This document shows positions 18,817-27,550 of a DNA stretch of 62,671 nucleotides, piece after piece (positions within the stretch are counted from its first letter, which is position 1; each line of letters begins with the position of its first letter). The notes beneath the pieces are model-generated. The model was given only the letters and a program-made list of their open reading frames with translations. It searched no databases and had not been told where the DNA came from. Both the position numbers and the translations under genes were made by a program. The DNA comes from Patescibacteria group bacterium (GTDB taxonomy: Bacteria; Patescibacteriota; Patescibacteriia; UBA2591; JAQUPP01): positions 1 to 62,671 of the forward strand of contig JBAZMD010000004.1 in assembly GCA_041649955.1 (NCBI GenBank), written 5' to 3'.

Positions 18817-19185
18817 TTATGTATTGGCAACTTCTGTAATTCTCGCGGTAAGGTAAGCAGCGACAGCATAAGCTAAGACGACGATAATGATACCAACTAT
18901 ACCGGCAACCATTAATTTTTTGGCTTCGGCAATTTTGGTTTCATCGCCACTGGAGGTCATCCATTTAAAACCACCGGCAATAATGATGACCGCACAGACT
19001 AAACCCAAGAAACCCAAAACGATTCTCATGATATTACCCATGGCAGAAGGGAGATCGGTGTTTCCATAAGTCGCGTGAGTGCGGAAGTTCTCTAAACCAT
19101 TGTTCATTTCTTGCGCATTAGCGACTACTGGCATAACTAAACCCAAAACTAAAACCAAAGTCATTACTAATAAACATTTTTTCAT
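18817..19185 (-). CDS. TrbC/VirB2-like pilin paralogue 2
   Basis: Start placed at MKKCLL (SD agagga 8 nt upstream). Signal peptide ...VANAQE. Core DLPSAMGNIM...AGGFKWMTSSGDETKIAEAK. Confidence 0.65.
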   Translation of the reverse strand: MKKCLLVMTLVLVLGLVMPVVANAQEMNNGLENFRTHATYGNTDLPSAMGNIMRIVLGFLGLVCAVIIIAGGFKWMTSSGDETKIAEAKKLMVAGIVGIIIVVLAYAVAAYLTARITEVANT

Positions 19186-19339
19186 TTTATTTTCCTCTTT
19201 CGTCCAACCTTTCAAGTAGGACGATTTATTAAAAAAACGACCTTGAAAATTAATATTTAATTAAAGACTAACTTATAATATTATTAAATCACTTTAAAAG
19301 CCATTTGTCAATTTGGGTTTGTGGATAAAGTTTCCGGGG

Positions 19340-19687
19340 TTATTTATTCAGAAAAGCTTTTAAAAGAAATTCTACTATTGCATAACTTAAAAATATAAAG
19401 GCCATGCCGATAACCGCCCAAACTATGGCATTCTTGCCGGTCTTTATTTTATCCGCATTGCCGCCGGAAGTCATCCATGTAAAGCCCCCGTAAACAAACA
19501 TTACCAAAGCAATAACGCCGACAAAACCTAAGACATATTTTAAAACATCACCGACAATAACCGCCGGAGATCGATGACCTAAAGGTTGGGGCAATTCTAA
19601 TTCATCTTCAGATGTAACCACGCTGGCTGTACCGGTACCTTGAGCCTGAACTAAAACGGGACTAATCAGAAATAAAAAATTAGCCAT
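19340..19687 (-). CDS. TrbC/VirB2-like pilin paralogue 3
   Basis: Start placed at MANFLFLISPVLVQAQG. The track's upstream 41 codons run through the repeat element, which is conserved at DNA level but not in frame. Core YGGFTWMTSGGNADKIKTGK. Confidence 0.6.
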   Translation of the reverse strand: MANFLFLISPVLVQAQGTGTASVVTSEDELELPQPLGHRSPAVIVGDVLKYVLGFVGVIALVMFVYGGFTWMTSGGNADKIKTGKNAIVWAVIGMAFIFLSYAIVEFLLKAFLNK

Positions 19688-19715
19688 TAAACAACTTGAA
19701 ATTAAGAGAAAATAA

Positions 19716-19795
19716 AGAGTTTTTAAACTCTGTGTTGCCTGCCCTCGCTCGGAAAAGAAAATAAATTTTCTTTTCTCTCGCTCGGTTTGGCAATA
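19716..19795 (-). repeat. pilin-associated structured element, copy 2
   Basis: Same architecture as 18168-18246. The first hairpin differs in sequence but keeps pairing (agagttt/aaactct versus agggt/accct). Confidence 0.6.
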
Positions 19796-19824
19796 AATTT
19801 TTTTAGTCATAAATTATATAAATG

Positions 19825-19882
19825 TTATCGTGTACCACTGGATGGTTCACGATAATCATATACCCTTTAGTGGTACATGATT
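19825..19882 (-). other. two adjacent hairpins downstream of pilin gene 4 (possible terminator or processing site)
   Basis: ttatcgtg...cacgataa (19825-19855) and aatcatatacc...ggtacatgatt (19854-19882). Alternative pairing gtaccact/agtggtac is possible. Confidence 0.4.
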
Positions 19883-19900
19883 ATATTTTAAATTAATCTT

Positions 19901-20623
19901 CTATTTTGGTTTGCAACAAATAGTTGTTCCACCCGCACATTGACTAGGTCTGCACTCAAAACCATCCACCTTATTGTCTTTATAATCATTATATCTGGAA
20001 CCGGCTTCAATACATGAACCGTCATTTGGAGTTGATTGATTAATTGTACATTTCTCTCCTTTCAAATAACCTTCCGTGTGAAGAGCTTGCATTAACATTT
20101 GAACAATTACATAAGCGCTTAAAACTATGGCCATGCCGACAACCGCTCCCATAATAACAGCCTTGCCCTTTTTCACTTTTTCTTCAGAACCGGCTGAAGT
20201 CATCCACATTATTCCGCCGAAAATAAATAAGACTAAAGCAATTACGCCTAAATATTTTAAAATTATATTGGCAATATTCAATCCCAATCTTAAAAAGTCA
20301 TCCGGAATGCAGTCCCCACAGCAAGCGCAAATCGGTTGGCTGATTAATCCGCCAACATGGCAATTTTCCACATTATTGGTTCCTTGACAAAAACAGTTAT
20401 ATGTTTTCGAGCCATTTTCCTCTGTTGTCTTATAAACACAATTAGAAACTATATCTTGGGTTTTTGACTCGTTATTTTCTTTAATATTTTTTGTCCCTAT
20501 AACTCTTTCAAAACATAAACCGCTTTTTAATTCTTCATCCGTGCATTGTTTTTGAGCATTGGCAAAATGGCCGATTGAAATTAAAAATATGGCAACGAAA
20601 ATTGTAAAAAATATTTTTTTCAT
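19901..20623 (-). CDS. TrbC/VirB2-like pilin paralogue 4 with Cys-rich N- and C-terminal extensions
   Basis: Signal peptide. 11 Cys before the core and 7 after it. Core FGGIMWMTSAGSEEKVKKGK. Confidence 0.6.
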   Translation of the reverse strand: MKKIFFTIFVAIFLISIGHFANAQKQCTDEELKSGLCFERVIGTKNIKENNESKTQDIVSNCVYKTTEENGSKTYNCFCQGTNNVENCHVGGLISQPICACCGDCIPDDFLRLGLNIANIILKYLGVIALVLFIFGGIMWMTSAGSEEKVKKGKAVIMGAVVGMAIVLSAYVIVQMLMQALHTEGYLKGEKCTINQSTPNDGSCIEAGSRYNDYKDNKVDGFECRPSQCAGGTTICCKPK

Positions 20624-20691
20624 ACCAAAATTATTTTAAAATTTAAGTTTGAGCGGAGCGAAAACGCAAAATTTTTAACTATAATTTTGAG

Positions 20692-20809
20692 TACCCCCTC
20701 CTTTATCTCAACGATAAACTTCCGATAATCGTTAGGACAAAAGGCGAAGCCGCTTCGCTTACGGCGTATCTTAAAAAAGTAAACTTTCGATGGAGTAAAG
20801 GAGGGGGTA
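20692..20809. ncRNA. candidate structured RNA closed by a 14-bp perfect stem
   Basis: taccccctccttta (20692-20705) pairs with taaaggagggggta (20796-20809). Internal hairpins aacgat/atcgtt and gcgaag/cttcgc. Locally GC-rich in an AT-rich spacer. Confidence 0.35.
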
Positions 20810-20867
20810 AAGGTTTTCTAGTCAAATTTTATTCGTCCTATGGACTCCAAAATTTGAAGAAAGCCCT

Positions 20868-22238
20868 TTATAAAGTTAAATTTACTTTTTGAACGCAATA
20901 ATCAAGAGCTTGTTTCATGTCTTTAGTTCCGGTTAAGACATTTCTCACCATTTCTTTAAAAGCCTCTTCCACTAAAGAATAATTTTTCCCCTGATACCAA
21001 GTTTGAGCAGTCAACACGCCTTTGACAAAAGGAGCTAAATCAAAATCTTCCAATTGAAATTGAATCAAGGAACGGATCGCCGTCGGATGCTTGGTTTTTT
21101 CCAAAAAAGTTTTATTATTCGCTTCTTCACTGGCATATAAAAGGAATGCCCAAGATTCAGCCGGATGAGCATTTTTTTTGGAAATTGTTTCTATGGGATA
21201 ACTGGCGATGTTAACTTCTTTCAATGAACCCATGGGTTGCGGCGCTTTAATAATGTCAAAATTCAACTTCGGTGCTCTTTCTTTGATAACCGGCAAGAAA
21301 CTGGAATAACCGAATAAGAAAGCGGTTTTTCCTTGGATAAAAGCATCTAAAGAATTCTGTATTTTTTCATTCCAGCAATAAATTTCTTTACCCGGTGTGG
21401 CAAAATCCGTATAAAATCTTAAAGCATCTTCACCCGGAAAATAACTCGCGTCATCAGCATTTGGGCGATTAAAAGACGCTTGGCCGCTATTAATCATTGT
21501 CGTGCCGTTTTGGAGCATTAAAAGAGATAAAATATCCGGCAGATTGGCAATATTGTCAATTCCGCCCAAGGCCGCTCCTGATTGAATAAAATTTCCATCT
21601 TTATCTCTGAAAGTTAAAAGCCTGACATCATCGGCAAATTCTTGCCAATTAGCCGGCGGATTGATAATACCGGCATTATTTAAAAGTTCTTTATTATAAT
21701 AGAGAACCAAAATATCAAGCGATAAGGGCAAACCGTAAAGTTTATTGTCAATAATCACGTCTTTTGGTACCGTATCCACATATTTTTCCTGCAATTCCCT
21801 TAAAGCAGGAGTTTTCTTTTTTTCTTCAATGACTTTTGTTTCTTTTTTAAAAGTTCCGGTGGTTACTTTTCTGGCCAAAGATAATTCGTCCGGGATATTT
21901 AACGGTGAAATTTTAGTTTGATATTTTCTCAGCCAAGTATTTGGAATGGAAAAAATATCCGGTCCCGTGTCTTCGGCCCAAGCCTCAAGCAAGGTTTGTT
22001 CGTATTCTTCCGGCCTGATTAATCGATAAGTGATGGAAATATGAGGATAAAGAGAATGAAATCCGTTAATAATGTTTTCAAAAGCGCCCTGATCATCGGT
22101 TGTCCGCCAATAAACCAAATTAATCGGCTGAATTTTTTCAGCTAATTTTTTAGGAGTCCCCGCGCAGCCAAAACCAGTGGTTATCATTAAAACGCTAATC
22201 AATAAAAGAATAGAAGAATTTACTTTTTTATTGGACAT
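20868..22238 (-). CDS. ABC transporter extracellular solute-binding lipoprotein (sugar type)
   Basis: Lipobox ITTGFGC after the signal peptide. Size and composition fit SBP family 1. Confidence 0.7.
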   Translation of the reverse strand: MSNKKVNSSILLLISVLMITTGFGCAGTPKKLAEKIQPINLVYWRTTDDQGAFENIINGFHSLYPHISITYRLIRPEEYEQTLLEAWAEDTGPDIFSIPNTWLRKYQTKISPLNIPDELSLARKVTTGTFKKETKVIEEKKKTPALRELQEKYVDTVPKDVIIDNKLYGLPLSLDILVLYYNKELLNNAGIINPPANWQEFADDVRLLTFRDKDGNFIQSGAALGGIDNIANLPDILSLLMLQNGTTMINSGQASFNRPNADDASYFPGEDALRFYTDFATPGKEIYCWNEKIQNSLDAFIQGKTAFLFGYSSFLPVIKERAPKLNFDIIKAPQPMGSLKEVNIASYPIETISKKNAHPAESWAFLLYASEEANNKTFLEKTKHPTAIRSLIQFQLEDFDLAPFVKGVLTAQTWYQGKNYSLVEEAFKEMVRNVLTGTKDMKQALDYCVQKVNLTL

Positions 22239-22392
22239 ACCCGCCTAAATTTTTACCCGCCTAAATTTTCCTTAGAAAATTTGATCAGGTTTTATTAGTT
22301 TAGTTAATATTGAAATACTTTTTTTGTTTAATTTCTGCCCTACCTAGATTTAAAAATAAATGGCGTTAGAAAAAATTTGGGTGGGCATAAAA
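22239..22392. repeat. intergenic element: tandem ACCCGCCTAAATTTT x2 at the left end, inverted copy AAAAAATTTGGGTGGGC at the right end
   Basis: Left copies at 22239-22254 and 22255-22269, inverted copy at 22370-22386. Fills the whole spacer between galU and the SBP gene. Confidence 0.55.
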
Positions 22393-23253
22393 TTAACCAA
22401 TTTCTCGCAAAAACTTTTTTAATTCCTTATTTATTTTTTTATCTTTCAAGCCGAAAACTATATTGGCTTTTAGAAATCCGAGCTTATCCCCACAAGTATA
22501 CCATTTGCCTTTAATCTCGCAAGCATAAAGCGGACGATTTTTCATTGAAATCTCCAGCCCGTCAGTCATGCCTTTTTCTTTGCCTGGCTTGGGCTTAAAA
22601 TTTTCCAGTCCTTTTAATAAATCAGGAGTGACAATATAACGGCCGATAACCGCCAAATTTGAAGGTGCCTCAGACAATTTTGGTTTTTCCACGATTTCTT
22701 TAATTTGATAAATTCTGTCTTCCACTTTAACGCCCTTGATTACTCCAAATTGCTCAATTTCTTTTTTTGACACCGGACTGACCGCAATTACCGGATCCCC
22801 ATATTTATTATAAACTTTTATCAATTGTTTTAAGCAAGGTTCTTGGCTGTCAATTACATCATCGCCGAACATAATGGCGCAGGGTTCGTTTTTAACAAAT
22901 TCTTTGGCGCATAAAATGGCATCGCCGCATCCAGCCGGTTCTTTTTGGCGAATATAAATAAAATCAGCCAATTGAGAAAGCTGATGAACGGTTTTTAAAA
23001 CTTCTGTTTTTTTGGATTTTTTTAACCGGTATTCCAACTCAAAATTATAATCAAAATAATCTTCCAATGCCCGTTTGCTCTGGCTGGTAATTAAAAAAAT
23101 CTGTTTAATCCCGGAAGCGACCGCTTCTTCCACAATATACTGAATCGCCGGCTTATCAACAATAGTCAGCATTTCTTTCGGTTGAGCCTTGGTGGCCGGC
23201 AAAAATCTCGTACCAAGTCCGGCAACCGGAATAATTGCTTTAGTAATATTCAT
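22393..23253 (-). CDS. galU: UTP--glucose-1-phosphate uridylyltransferase
   Basis: AIIPVAGLGTRFLPATKAQPKEML N-terminal motif. Confidence 0.9.
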   Translation of the reverse strand: MNITKAIIPVAGLGTRFLPATKAQPKEMLTIVDKPAIQYIVEEAVASGIKQIFLITSQSKRALEDYFDYNFELEYRLKKSKKTEVLKTVHQLSQLADFIYIRQKEPAGCGDAILCAKEFVKNEPCAIMFGDDVIDSQEPCLKQLIKVYNKYGDPVIAVSPVSKKEIEQFGVIKGVKVEDRIYQIKEIVEKPKLSEAPSNLAVIGRYIVTPDLLKGLENFKPKPGKEKGMTDGLEISMKNRPLYACEIKGKWYTCGDKLGFLKANIVFGLKDKKINKELKKFLREIG

Positions 23254-23279
23254 AATTCTTAATCAATTTTTATTAATTA

Positions 23280-24473
23280 TTATAAATCAATTTTAATAAA
23301 TCTTCTTTTACCAACTTTAATCACCATTTTATTTTTTAATTTCATTTCGCTATTCCAATCTTTGATTATTGCGCCGTCAATTTCCACTGCTCCTTGTTCA
23401 ATTAAGCGGCGCGCTTCTCCCTTGCTGGCAGCGAATTTTGCTTCAGCTAAAATATCAATTAGTTTATATTTTTCTTTTTTTGCTTTGAAAATCGGCATAT
23501 TCTCCGGTAATTCTCTTTTTTGAAAAATTTTATTAAATTCGTCTTCGGCTATCCGGGCCGCTTTTTCGCCGTGATATAATTTAACAATTTCATAAGCCAA
23601 TTTTGATTTAGATTCGCGCGGGTTGACTCCTCCGTCTAATCCTCTTTTTACCATCTCAATTTCTTCTTGGCTTAAAATGGTGCAAAGTTCAAAATATTTT
23701 AAAATTAATCCATCTCGCATGGACATTATTTTCCCATATTGTTCACCTGGCGCGTCTGAAATATTTACCACATTGCCGCGCGTGGTGCTCATTTTATCTC
23801 CATCAAGGCCTTCCAGCATTTTTAAAGTCATAATGTCCTGCGGTTTTTGTCCATAAGCTTCCTGAATTTTTCTACCGGCCAGCAAATTAAACAACTGATC
23901 AGTGCCGCCGATCTCTAAATCAGCCTTAATAGCTACTGAATCATAACCCTGATATAAAGGATAATGCAATTCGCGAATAGAAATTTCTTCTTCATTATCC
24001 CAACGCTGTTTAAAATTACGCCTAGTAATCATTTGCTGAACGCTGAATAAATCAGCTAATTCATCTAATTGACGAGGGGTTAATTTAGCCAGCCATTTGC
24101 TGTTTCTGTGCCACTCAATTTTTTTAGGATCTAAAATTTTACTGATTTGGATTTGATAATTTTTCAAATTTTCATTAACTTGTTTTTCCGAAAGAAATGG
24201 CCGTTTATTAAGCTTGTCCGATGGGTCGCCAATTTGGGCGGTATAATCTCCTAAAATTAAAATTATTTTATGTCCTAAATCTTGAAATTCTTTAAGTTTC
24301 CATAAAGTAATCGCCCGGCCGAGATGATATTTGGGACCGGTCGGATCCACCCCATGTTTGATCCGTAATTTTTTACCCGCCATTAACTGATTTTCTAAAT
24401 GTTTAGAGTCAATAATTTGTTCCACATTGCGGGTTAGAGAATTTTTTATTTTTTGAGAATCTATTTTAGACAT
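23280..24473 (-). CDS. tyrS: tyrosine--tRNA ligase (with C-terminal S4 domain)
   Basis: HLGR (HIGH-like) and KMSTT (KMSKS) motifs. C-terminal S4-like SKGEARRLIEQGAVEIDG. Start at MSKIDSQ (track ORF starts 7 codons earlier). Confidence 0.85.
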   Translation of the reverse strand: MSKIDSQKIKNSLTRNVEQIIDSKHLENQLMAGKKLRIKHGVDPTGPKYHLGRAITLWKLKEFQDLGHKIILILGDYTAQIGDPSDKLNKRPFLSEKQVNENLKNYQIQISKILDPKKIEWHRNSKWLAKLTPRQLDELADLFSVQQMITRRNFKQRWDNEEEISIRELHYPLYQGYDSVAIKADLEIGGTDQLFNLLAGRKIQEAYGQKPQDIMTLKMLEGLDGDKMSTTRGNVVNISDAPGEQYGKIMSMRDGLILKYFELCTILSQEEIEMVKRGLDGGVNPRESKSKLAYEIVKLYHGEKAARIAEDEFNKIFQKRELPENMPIFKAKKEKYKLIDILAEAKFAASKGEARRLIEQGAVEIDGAIIKDWNSEMKLKNKMVIKVGKRRFIKIDL

Positions 24474-24578
24474 AAATATATTGTAGCATGGCAAAACAAA
24501 AAGACAAGTTATGTTTAGATGTCATAGTAAATTTTAGCAAGTCTTGAATATTATATTTTTTGTGTTATAATCTCTGGT

Positions 24579-27446
24579 ATGCCTATTCCCGGACTGACAG
24601 TTAAAAAACAACCGACTTATTGGCGGACGCAGCCAATAAAAAAAACTCCCAAAAAACCAAAAAGAAAAGTTTTGAGAGTTTCTTTTATTATAATAATTTT
24701 CTTTATTTTATTTTTAGGAGCGACTATATTCGCGGGTTTGCTTTGGATTAGCAAAGATTTGCCTAACCCGAATAAATTATCAGAAAGAAATATCGCCCAA
24801 AGCACGAAAATTTATGATCGAACGGGCAAAGTTGTACTTTATGAAATATTCACCAATCAAAGAAGAACTTTAGTCAAACTTTCTGACATTCCCCGAGACG
24901 TATCTTCAGCCACCATAGTAGCCGAAGATAAAGATTTTTTTAATCATTCCGGTTTTCAATTAAAAGCAATCGCCAGAGCCGTAATTATTAATGTTTTAAA
25001 AGGAGGAAAATTCCAAGGCGGTTCCACTTTAACCCAGCAATTGGTAAAAAATGCTTTTTTGTCGCCGGAAAAAAGTTATATCCGCAAAATCAAAGAAATA
25101 TTTTTGTCTTATCAAATTGAACAAAAATACACTAAAGAAGAAATTCTTCAAATGTATTTTAATGAAATACCTTATGGTTCAAACGCTTATGGCGTAGAAG
25201 CGGCCAGCCAAATTTATTTTGGAAAATCAGTCAGGGATTTAACCTTGGATGAAGCCGCGCTTTTGGCCGCACTCCCCAAAGCGCCCACTTATTATTCTCC
25301 AGACGGCAACCACCGTGAAGATTTAATGGCGCGAAAAAATTATATTTTGGATTTAATGGTTGAAGGAGGATATATTTCTCCCGAATCAAATCAAAAAGCC
25401 AAAAATATTAACACTTTGGAAAAAATTATTTCCCGCCGAGAAAATATCATTGCTCCTCATTTTGTAATGTATATCAAAGAATTATTAACTGATAAATACG
25501 GCCAGCGCTTAGTGGAAGAAGGAGGACTTAAAGTTATCACCACCTTGGACGCGGATAAACAAAAAATCGCTGAAGAATCTATTGAAAAATTTGCCGAGAA
25601 AAATGAAAAAACTTATGGCGCAACCAATGCCGCTCTGGTAAGTATTGATGTTAAAACCGGACAAATTTTGGCCATGGTTGGTTCAAAAAATTTCTTTAAT
25701 AATTCAATTGATGGACAAGTTAATGTTGCTCTTCGCTCTCGCCAACCCGGCTCTTCTTTTAAACCAATTGTTTATGCCGAAGCTTTTGAAAATGGATTTA
25801 CGCCTGATACAATTGTTTTTGACACCGAAACAAATTTTGGTTCTTCCGGTATTGGTCAGAAAGATTATATTCCTCAAAATTACAATAAAAAATTTAACGG
25901 TCCGGTAACAATGCGCAAAGCCCTGGCCGGTTCTCTAAATATTCCCGGCGTTAAAACTCTTTATTTAGCGGGAGTAGACAATGTTTTGGATTTGGCCAGC
26001 CGAATGGGTTATACCACCTTAACCGACCGAAGCCGCTATGGACTTTCTTTGGTTTTGGGCGGCGGCGAAGTTAAATTATTGGAACATGTTTCAGCTTTTG
26101 GAATTTTTGCCAGAGAAGGCAAAAAAATTCCCAATGTCGCCATTTTAAAAGTGGAAGATAATGAAGGAAAAACTTTGGAAATAAATGATTCTCATCTTTT
26201 CTTGCCCCAAGAAGTTCTCTCTCAACAATCCGCTGATTATATTAATGATATTCTTTCTGATAATAAAGCGCGAAGTTATGTTTTTGGCGAACAAAATTAT
26301 TTTACTCTGCCCGATCGTCCCGTGGCAGCCAAAAGCGGCACGACAAATGATTTTAAAGATGCTTGGACAATCGGTTATACGCCTTCACTTGTTACCGGAG
26401 TTTGGGTCGGTAATAGCCGCAATACAGTGATGAAAGAAAAAGCGGATGGAGGAACAATCGCTGCGCCGATTTGGCAAAATTTTATGAAAGAAGCGCTGAA
26501 AAATACTCCTCCGGAAAATTTTATTCCGCCTCAACCGATTTCTACGGATAAATCCATTCTTAAAGGAGAATTACCGAATGAAGTTACTGTTAAAATAGAT
26601 AGAGCTTCAGGAAAATTAGCTACGGATTTAACGCCGGCTTCTTTTGTTGTAGAAAAAACTTTTAAAGGATATCACGATATTCTTTATTATGTTGATAAAA
26701 ATAATCCTCAAGGACCGGCTCTTCAAAATCCGGCTAATGATCCTCAATACAGCCGCTGGGAAGAAGGAATCCAAAAATGGCTGAAAGAAGAAGCAAAAAC
26801 GCAAAAAAATCCTTCGCTGATTGCCGAACTAGCACCAACTACTTATGATGATTTGCATGTTCCGGCCAATCAACCGAATATTTCAATTACTTGGCCTAAT
26901 ACTGGCGCCATTAGTAAAAATAAAACTTTAGAAGTCAAACTTGGAGCTTCTGCTCCGCGAGGAATTAAAAAAATAATTTGTTCGATTGACGATATACCGG
27001 TGACAACCGCTTATTATTATCCTTATAAATGTGAACTGAATCTTATTGGTCTTAATCCCGGAGAACACAAAGTCAGCGCCACGGCTTACGACGATATTGA
27101 TAATTCAAAAACCGAAGAAATTTTCATTACCACCACTCAATTTTTTGAAAAAAAAATAACCTGGATTTCTCCGGAAAACAATAAAATATTATGGCAATCA
27201 AATTTTCCTGTAACGCTTTCTGTTTTGGCGCCGATCGTAAATATAAATAATATTAAATTTTTCGCTCAAAATTTAGAAACTAATCAGACATTTTTAATCA
27301 GCACTATTTTTACTCCTGAAACCAATGGCCAATTTGATTTAAACTGGCCAAGCGCCCAACCCGGGAAATATAAACTTTGGGTTGAAGCTGTTGATGTTTC
27401 TTTAAATTCAATCCCGGCTGACGAAATAAATATTGAAGTGAAATAA
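24579..27446 (+). CDS. class A penicillin-binding protein (transglycosylase + transpeptidase) with a long C-terminal beta-rich extension
   Basis: GT51 motifs EDKDFFNHSGF, GGSTLTQQLVKN and RKIKE. Transpeptidase motifs SSFKP and KSGTTN. Confidence 0.9.
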   Translation: MPIPGLTVKKQPTYWRTQPIKKTPKKPKRKVLRVSFIIIIFFILFLGATIFAGLLWISKDLPNPNKLSERNIAQSTKIYDRTGKVVLYEIFTNQRRTLVKLSDIPRDVSSATIVAEDKDFFNHSGFQLKAIARAVIINVLKGGKFQGGSTLTQQLVKNAFLSPEKSYIRKIKEIFLSYQIEQKYTKEEILQMYFNEIPYGSNAYGVEAASQIYFGKSVRDLTLDEAALLAALPKAPTYYSPDGNHREDLMARKNYILDLMVEGGYISPESNQKAKNINTLEKIISRRENIIAPHFVMYIKELLTDKYGQRLVEEGGLKVITTLDADKQKIAEESIEKFAEKNEKTYGATNAALVSIDVKTGQILAMVGSKNFFNNSIDGQVNVALRSRQPGSSFKPIVYAEAFENGFTPDTIVFDTETNFGSSGIGQKDYIPQNYNKKFNGPVTMRKALAGSLNIPGVKTLYLAGVDNVLDLASRMGYTTLTDRSRYGLSLVLGGGEVKLLEHVSAFGIFAREGKKIPNVAILKVEDNEGKTLEINDSHLFLPQEVLSQQSADYINDILSDNKARSYVFGEQNYFTLPDRPVAAKSGTTNDFKDAWTIGYTPSLVTGVWVGNSRNTVMKEKADGGTIAAPIWQNFMKEALKNTPPENFIPPQPISTDKSILKGELPNEVTVKIDRASGKLATDLTPASFVVEKTFKGYHDILYYVDKNNPQGPALQNPANDPQYSRWEEGIQKWLKEEAKTQKNPSLIAELAPTTYDDLHVPANQPNISITWPNTGAISKNKTLEVKLGASAPRGIKKIICSIDDIPVTTAYYYPYKCELNLIGLNPGEHKVSATAYDDIDNSKTEEIFITTTQFFEKKITWISPENNKILWQSNFPVTLSVLAPIVNINNIKFFAQNLETNQTFLISTIFTPETNGQFDLNWPSAQPGKYKLWVEAVDVSLNSIPADEINIEVK

Positions 27447-27460
27447 AAAATCTTTATTAA

Positions 27461-27496
27461 AAAATACCGAGCGTTTTAAAACATTCGGTATTTTTT
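27461..27496. terminator. bidirectional terminator between the PBP1A gene and the minus-strand block
   Basis: aaaataccgagcgtttt/aaaacattcggtatttt stem flanked by A and T runs. Confidence 0.65.
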
Positions 27497-27550
27497 AATT
27501 TATTTTTTAAAAATTTTAATTATTTTTTTCTATTACAATCATTGCTTTTT
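27489..27550. repeat. 62-bp perfect direct repeat, copy A
   Basis: Read base by base: identical to 29267-29328. Contains the last 4 codons and stop of the 27539-28402 gene. Confidence 0.85.

Noticed and set aside
19688-19810. The N-terminal 41 codons of track ORF 19340-19810 (MTKKIYCQTEREKRKFIFFSERGQ...).
   Set aside because: This stretch is the second copy of the pilin-associated repeat. The other copy (18168-18246) has an indel that breaks the frame, so conservation is at the nucleotide level. The pilin most likely starts at MANFLFL (19687).
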